DNA of 64,000 nucleotides from Minutocellus sp. GHC0000111 (Eukaryota), in contig OZ361258.1 in assembly GCA_977018835.1 (NCBI GenBank), positions 1,612,001 through 1,676,000 on the forward strand. Direction: 5' to 3'. Positions 57,302-64,000 of the stretch are shown piece by piece (the first letter of the stretch is position 1; each line of letters starts with the position of its first letter). The notes under the pieces are model-generated. The model made no database searches, was not told the DNA's origin, and saw only the letters and a program-made list of their open reading frames with translations. Made by a program: the position numbers and the translations under genes.

Positions 57302-60047
57302 ATGGACGAGCACACTATGAAACTTCTGCTTCGGCAGCAGCAACAGCTGTTGGGAAATGCATTCAATGCCGATGCCGCCAATCTCCTTCCGCAGCAATCA
57401 ATAATACAACAACAGACCAATTTTGCTGCCGCGATGACCAATACCATGTGCACTACCGGTGCTTCCAGCAATCATACCGGCGGCGACATTGGCTTGGGCA
57501 CCTTCACACAGAACGATCGCATCACCCCGCCCCTCCCGCACGCCCAGCAGCTTCAGAGACAGCAGCAACAGCAACAACAGCTTTTGCTTCAATCGCAACA
57601 ACAGCAGCAATTATCGCACATGCCCTCCTCGTCAACCGCCGCCGCCAACAACAATCTGTTTGCGGGAATCGACCCGACGCAAATGATGCACCTGCCGCAG
57701 TCCAGCCAAAACACGATATTGCAGAGGCAGTACCAGGCCACTGCCGATCGGATCGCCGAGGAGCACAAGGCCAGGGCCATCCAAATCGCCGGGCAGCGGG
57801 TGAACGGCGCCGCTGGCACTACTAATAATGCTAATGCGAACGCTGCGTCTAGTGGTGGGACGGCCCACCACTTCCTGCAGAGCCTGCAGAACGACACCAC
57901 GACGCGGGGACTGCATGCTAATATCGCAAATGCCAACAATGCTACCACTAACGATGCACTATTAGCAGTGGACATGGATGCGGAGGCGGATGTGGACGCA
58001 TCGGATCCCCTCATGGCCTCGCTGCAGATGTACAGCCAGTACGGGGAGGATTCCACCCCCCTCGCCGTGAACGCCATGGGTGGTGGTGGTGCCGGAAATC
58101 ATTTCAGCAACGGCCATAATGGCCAACTGCAGACCAACAACAACAACAACAACATGTACGGTGGCAATGGCTTCGGAGCTCTGTCTACCAACAACGGGGG
58201 GGAGTCGGCGACAAGCTCCAGCAGCTCCAGACCATCCAGGCCCAGCTGGCGCAGCTGCAGCGGATGGAGATCGAGATGAAGCAGCAGGCTGAGGCGCAGG
58301 AGAAGCAGCTCCGGCAGCAGAGGCAGCTCCAGCTCCAGCAGTTACAACAACAACAGCAGCAGCAGCAGCAGCAGAGTTCTGTGACGGCATCGGCGACGGC
58401 ATCGGCTCAGTCCGCGGGGCGCCTGACCCCACCAACCAACAATGGTAACGGCGAAAGCAGCGGCGGCGCAACGACGCCGCTGTCCCCGCCATCCCTCCCC
58501 GTCGACGCTGCAATGTCTGACGCTGCCGCGCAAGGGATGAGGGCCAAGGTGCAGCAATACGAGGCGGCGGCTCGGTCGATGCTGCTGCAGGAAGGCAAAC
58601 GAAGAAGGAGCAAGATCGATGCCTCGACCGCTGCTACCGCTACTACTGCCGCTGCCTCAGCGACTACAAGTACTAGCACTGCTGATACCGGTACCAAAAA
58701 GGTTGATGTACCATCGTCTGCCGCGATTGCGCAGGCAGCTGTGTCCTCGCCTCGTCATCATCATCATCATCAGCAGCAGCAGCAGCGGAGGAGGTCGAGC
58801 GTTGTTTCCGACGGCAGCAGCTCCATTGGCGACGAGACACCTGGCAGGAAGCAACGAACTCCCGAACGAAGCTGGAGGGACATAATGAAGGACGATCCCG
58901 ACGTCCAAGAGTGCAGGGCCAAGATGCGGAGGAGGGTGTAAGTCATACTTTTCGTTTATGCGTGATTTATTTTTCGTCTATGCAATATCTTTTCACATTA
59001 CATTTTATGCGCCATGGCTTCTCTTCTTTCGCCGTTGTTACATTACATTCCTCCAGTGAACACTACGTTGCCAACTGCATGCTCTCGGACAAGGCCCCAG
59101 CGGCGGCGGCATCGAATGCCCCCTTTCGCCGGGTCCTGGCCTCCAAGCTCGAGGAGAGACTGTACGGGGCGGCCCCTACCTTCGAACAATACTCCGACTC
59201 AACCACTCTCGAGGCTAGGCTCAAGATATTGGCCATGCAGATCGGCAAGCGTATCGAGGGAGAGCCGGGCAAGAGGAAGAGACGGAGGATGGCTGCTACA
59301 AAATCTGCTGACGCTAAGACTACCGGAGATGATGGTGGGAGCGATAGCGGTAGCACTGGTGGCAACAGCGTCGCCTCTGTGGTGGAGGATGACACAAATT
59401 AGCTGATGTCCCTCCGGGATTATGTTGGAGAGGACAAGTATGCCACCATCGTCCAGGTCGTGGAAGAGATCCGCACCATTCGCCGAACTTCCGACGTCTG
59501 GATGTCTTCCGACTCGGCTAATCGCCAACCCGGAACGACGTGCAATACGAAGCCTCGTCAGGCCTTCCCGGCTTCTGGGCTAGAGGCTGCTTCTGCAATA
59601 GTTGGTGATGGCATCAGCACCTCGAACAAAGGCACCGACTATGCCATTTCCACTAGCGAGAAAAAGTCAACCACTTTCGAAGAAACCAAGGAGAACTCCA
59701 CTGCTGATGAGGTTATTGAACCTACAGCTGCAGCTGACCGCAAGGTGAATATCATCCGGCCTGGTAGTCCTGATGAGCTCTCGGCCGTGGAGTCCATGCC
59801 CCGCGCTCTGACCAATATTTACTTTTCCACCCGCCTCGTCGCAGCCTTGACGGCCCTCGGACCCTCCCATCACGGCTCGTCGGCGCAGGTCGAAGATGTT
59901 GATTGGGACCGTCTTCTTACGGAGGCAAAGACCAATCTGAAGGCCTTTCGGATTTTGGAGGAATCCACTGCGGGTTCGGATCGACAGAGCTTTGTGGAAG
60001 TTTGCACACTCTCTGGCAACTGTCGTCTTGAACAAGTTGACTCATAG
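57302..60047 (+). CDS. Gln-rich protein with Med15-type KIX-like domain; frameshift in G-run 58196-58202, intron 58938-59056, in-frame TAG at 59400
   Basis: PolyQ tracts; one extra G gives 'VGDKLQQLQTIQAQLAQLQRMEIE'; spliced 'RRRVEHYV..LASKLEERLYGAAPTFEQYSDSTTLEARL'. Confidence 0.7.
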
Positions 60048-60233
60048 GTTGAAGGAACATTGATATCGCTGTTGGTACCAATACAAGGCTATGAAGTAAT
60101 CTTAAAAATAGAATAGAAGCTATGCAGTGCACTGAACCTACTCTACGACGATGAAATGACTCATAACCTGGCCTGGGTGACATAACAACTGGCAGCAAGC
60201 AATCAGCCGCTGCAGCTGAATTGTTATCACCGT

Positions 60234-62053
60234 TTACTCCTTCCTAACACTCCTAGCCCTCTCGATGCTTCGCCCTGCGACCATGGACACTTCTCGGAGA
60301 CGGCGCTCGAGAGTTGACAGGTTTGAATACTCCTCCAGACTACTGCACGAGGCGTACAGTCGGGCCTCAAGAGCCTTGGCGAGAAAAGCTGGTCGCTTCA
60401 CGTTGCTCTTCGGGCAAAGCTGATGGATCCTTTTTTCGCTGTTGAATAAAATTAGGACAGAAATGGAACAGAAATGTCGGTCATGAGTTAGGAAAGCCAA
60501 AAGTCTCGAGCATAAATGCAAAGAATTATGGACAGAAAGACTTACATCAGTGCCGAAATCTTGACCCTTGTCTTGTTGGTGTTAGAGTCACCATCCGTGA
60601 TGGATGGCGACGAAGGAAGAATTCTCGTCATGCTATCACTTGCCACTCGGCCCTGTGTAGTTTGGGCCAGTATACCGTCAGATAATGATGAAGCCTTTGC
60701 AACCGGGTTCTTTAGATTTCGCTTCGCCGATCTCCAAGATTGTAGATTTCCGTACCCGCTCTGAGGCACCGCTGTTGTTCCGAGATGAGAGGACATGAAT
60801 GCTTTCGCTCTTAGGGCGGTGGTGCAATCTCCATCTTTTCCACTTCTGAAAGATTCGTCTTCGTGTGGATAGTAGTCTTGTACGGCATTGATCAGATTGC
60901 CACTTAGTGGGTCTACTTCCTCCTCGGGAGCAAGGCACACATGCTTGGAATCGATGTGAGCCTTCCGTGCCAAAATGCGCTTCTTCGGAGCTGAACGTTG
61001 GCTCGGCGATGCCGATGTTGCCAAAGGTGACGATGATACCGGCGGATTGATTTTGACACGTTTGGCAGGGGGGTGAATCTGAAGCTGGGACTGCCAGGCG
61101 GTGTAGGGGCTCACTGTGCCAGCAGTAGTACCAATAGTCGCAGAATTTCTGAGCATCTCCTCAATCCTCCTCTTTTGAAGGAATGATAGAAGCTGCTGGC
61201 TCGTATGCCATTGCGATATTTCATTTGCCTTTGCAACTGATGCACGTTGCGCTGAATGAAGAAGGAAATTATTGTATAAATGGGGGCGATGAGGTTGCTG
61301 ATACGACACAGCTGGTGCGATCGATTTGCCAATCCCAACGCCGAAAGGCGTCTTTGTTCCGGATAATGACATGGGCATCGACGATTGTAGCTTGCCAGCA
61401 TGCGTACTATGCGCCTTCGAGATGGAATCCAGATGATGTTGACCCTGATATTGATGTTGCACGATGGCATCTCGGGTCAATATCTGAGGTTGAAGGCCGT
61501 CGTTGATCTTGCCCGATTCGCGACGAGGCAGCCGCCGGCCCTTTCTTGTGGACGAAGATGGAGCGGCAGCCTTGTTTACGCTCAAGCGTTTTGGGACATT
61601 TGCTGGTTGTTGCGCAGAACGAGACACCGGGGCTATTCCAGTCTCGTTCGTTTCTTGGGAACCAGCGTCATCTCCAGTGACCTGGGCCAGGACGAAGAGA
61701 CCCGCCGCGGCCATCGATTCGTCAACAGAGAGACGGCGGGGCTGAGGCGGTTGTCGCGCCGGAGACGCCGATGCCATCTCCTCTTGAGCCCCGGTTCCTA
61801 CACGACCAGATAATTTGGCATTCATCTGCACTTCCATTTCCCGCTTTCGAGATGAATGCTGCGACTGCTGCTGATATCGAAGCAAGGTGGACTGCACGAG
61901 GGCAGAGGCAGTGGGGTCCCCGCCAGCGTTGGAGTGATCATGACGTGGCGTCGTACAAGTATTGGGGTTGCGGTTACTACTGGCTGGAGCCTGCATCTGT
62001 ATATATCCTCGAGGTGCTAGTCTAGAATAGTAGGTGTGAAGTGTAGAGGGCAC
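60234..62053 (-). CDS. Low-complexity protein with C-terminal KIX-like domain; intron 60545-60439; true ATG probably internal
   Basis: Spliced 'KISALIEKRIHQLC..FLAKALEARLYASCSSLEEYSNLSTLERRL'; GTAAGT..AACAG intron. Confidence 0.7.
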
Positions 62054-63319
62054 AAGAGATTTATTGCCGAGGGCGGGCTAGCTGGGAAACCCAATTCCTC
62101 CGAGAGTGTGATGAAAGAGCCACTTGAAAAGAGCCTGGGTTTCGCTTTAGACAGTGATCATAAAGGCGCGCTGGCCGGAGAGAGAGAGGTCCAGTCAGTG
62201 CTGGCTCTTCAAGTTGTATTCTGCTTTCCCGGAGCTTTGGTGACGCTTCTCGCACACAAAAAAAAGTCGTGTCCTGCAAAAAGCGGCACAAGGGCGTGTG
62301 ATTTCAGCACCTTGCAACTCAGACCGGTAGAGGAGAGACGGAATGAGATTTCAAGCCTTTGTTCGATGTTTCGTGGGAGAGTTCAGCTGGATTGTCGGCC
62401 ACAGAGTCTGAAATGTGCGTGGGAAATGTATGAATCTCTACGAATCAGCTTGTTATCCGGCATCGGCTCCGGCACAGCTTGCTGTGTGCTTTGTTGTCCG
62501 CGCAAGCAGTGTTTGCTGAGTGCTGTCGATGACGCAGTCCCCACTGTCCAGAAAGTCGCGCAGAAAGTCAACTGGTGTGTAGGGCCCCAAAGAGAGACTC
62601 ACTCGACCCTTTTCTCCCAATGCCTGCAAACTCCAGGGTCGTACCGCAAAGGAAAAGTCTCGGCACTTTCACTTTTTGCCCGCGATCAAAGTGAAAGTCA
62701 TCACGCCGCGAGTCAGCTACGTACGTCTTTCCGTTGACTAGCTACGTACTATAGTACGTAGCTAGATGACAGGCCGGCAGACTTGCAAAGCAGGGGCGCT
62801 CAATGAAGCCCAACCTGAAGACACACGACGCCGGCGAGGAGAGTCGAGTCGAGTCGTCTACATGTACGAGCCTAGCTAGCTAGAGATCTAAACTTGATTG
62901 CTCTACTATTGCTTGTCTATTGGCACATTGTGTATAATGGCACTCGAAAGTGTTTTGCTATCAGATCTTCACAATGCATGTGCTTCCCTCTCTCAGCTCG
63001 AAGAGAGCAAAGAGAGAGGGAGAATGGTTCACACATGCAAATGAATGTTTTCGTCGATTCTACTTTCACTTTTGGCGACAAATCATAGTCGTTGAAAGGG
63101 AAATGTCACGAACCACGAAAAGAGACACCAGTCCACTTCAGTTCGCAGTTGGCGATGGCGATGGCCCTCCGACACATCTACCAGATCCAGCTCGTGTGAG
63201 CACACAAATTTATTTCATCGTACCCAAGCTTCACAAATCAAATCTCAAGCCAGAACCAACAACTACCGAAAACCTCTTACATCCACTACCCTAGCTCCAG
63301 CTCAAGCCATACATCCACC

Positions 63320-64000
63320 ATGATCGACCTCAATCGCGCCGTGGAATATCTATCGACGCTTGTCTTGCTGGGCACCACCGGCATTGCATCCGCTCAGGTG
63401 GAAATTCCGCCGACAGGAGCACCCGAGGCTCCAACGTGTATGAATTTCAGCTATTTGGACTTTACTCTCAACGGGGATGCCACATGGAGCACTGACTGCC
63501 GCCTCGAGTTGACGAGCGAAGATCCCATGAAGTCTGGCTCGGCCTTTGCAGCCATTACCTTCGACGACACCACCAACTACCCCTTCGAGGCCTACTACGA
63601 ATACGACATCTCGGACACTGTCATCAACGGCACCAGCGTCGGTGGAAGTGCCGATGGCATTGCCTTCCTCGTTCACATTGACCCCCAAGGTGTCAACGCT
63701 TTGAATGACGCAGGAGGAGCACTCGGTGTGTACGGCGCCGGTGGTATCCACTGCGCCATTGTCATCGAGCTGGATACCTACTTTGGCCCAACTAATGTCG
63801 GCCCGCATGCCCCCTTTTCTACCGAAAACTATGCCCGTGCCCTTGATATCATTGCCACCGACGAGGCCGGAAATGCCACGCGCTACGCCGAGGTGGACAT
63901 TACCGACATCTTTACCATGCAGGGCAAGGTATGGATCTCTCATAACAACGGGGTCCTGGATGTGTACCTTGCCCCGCAGACGGCCACTTCGCGACCTCCT
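63320..64000 (+). CDS. Secreted L-type (legume/bacterial) lectin-domain protein; runs off the 3' end
   Basis: Frame read from ATG 63320 with no stop to the edge; signal peptide, 'FTLNGDA', 'SGSAF', 'GSADGIAFLV', 'IVIELDTY'. Confidence 0.8.
   Translation, partial: MIDLNRAVEYLSTLVLLGTTGIASAQVEIPPTGAPEAPTCMNFSYLDFTLNGDATWSTDCRLELTSEDPMKSGSAFAAITFDDTTNYPFEAYYEYDISDTVINGTSVGGSADGIAFLVHIDPQGVNALNDAGGALGVYGAGGIHCAIVIELDTYFGPTNVGPHAPFSTENYARALDIIATDEAGNATRYAEVDITDIFTMQGKVWISHNNGVLDVYLAPQTATSRPP

Noticed and set aside
30339..64000. Glycan gene cluster (GT fusion, GH16, Nudix, sulfotransferase, lectin)
   Set aside because: Spread over 34 kb among unrelated genes, and these families are common in diatoms; no evidence of clustering.
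1..64000. Full reassignment of TAA/TAG to an amino acid
   Set aside because: ORFs of 500-1300 codons lack internal TAA/TAG and many genes end in them; only rare or ambiguous use remains possible.

Overview
Gene-dense eukaryotic nuclear DNA, most consistent with a diatom. Evidence: short GT-AG introns, several diatom-type protein families, and an enkurin gene that points to a flagellated centric lineage. About 30 protein-coding loci are present, including a Hippo/MST-like kinase with a SARAH-like tail, a MetAP paralog lacking its catalytic residues, a PDK/BCKDK kinase, a FANCI-like solenoid, an SMP-C2 protein, a three-domain glycosyltransferase fusion, a GH16-like secreted protein, an Na+/H+ exchanger, SDHC, a sulfotransferase, four 'RGLE'-family paralogs and two KIX-like paralogs. 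Mobile DNA includes a DUF6729-type transposon ORF, a Sola2-like non-autonomous element, a non-LTR 3' fragment, three adjacent MITE/foldback elements and many TA-flanked palindromic footprints. The most striking window-wide pattern is that otherwise intact genes carry six single in-frame TAA/TAG codons, mostly where Glu would fit, plus about eight 1-bp frameshifts. A decaying haplotype, consensus error and context-dependent stop recoding cannot be separated from sequence alone. No rRNA, tRNA or CRISPR was seen. All family assignments are from motif recognition; no searches were run.
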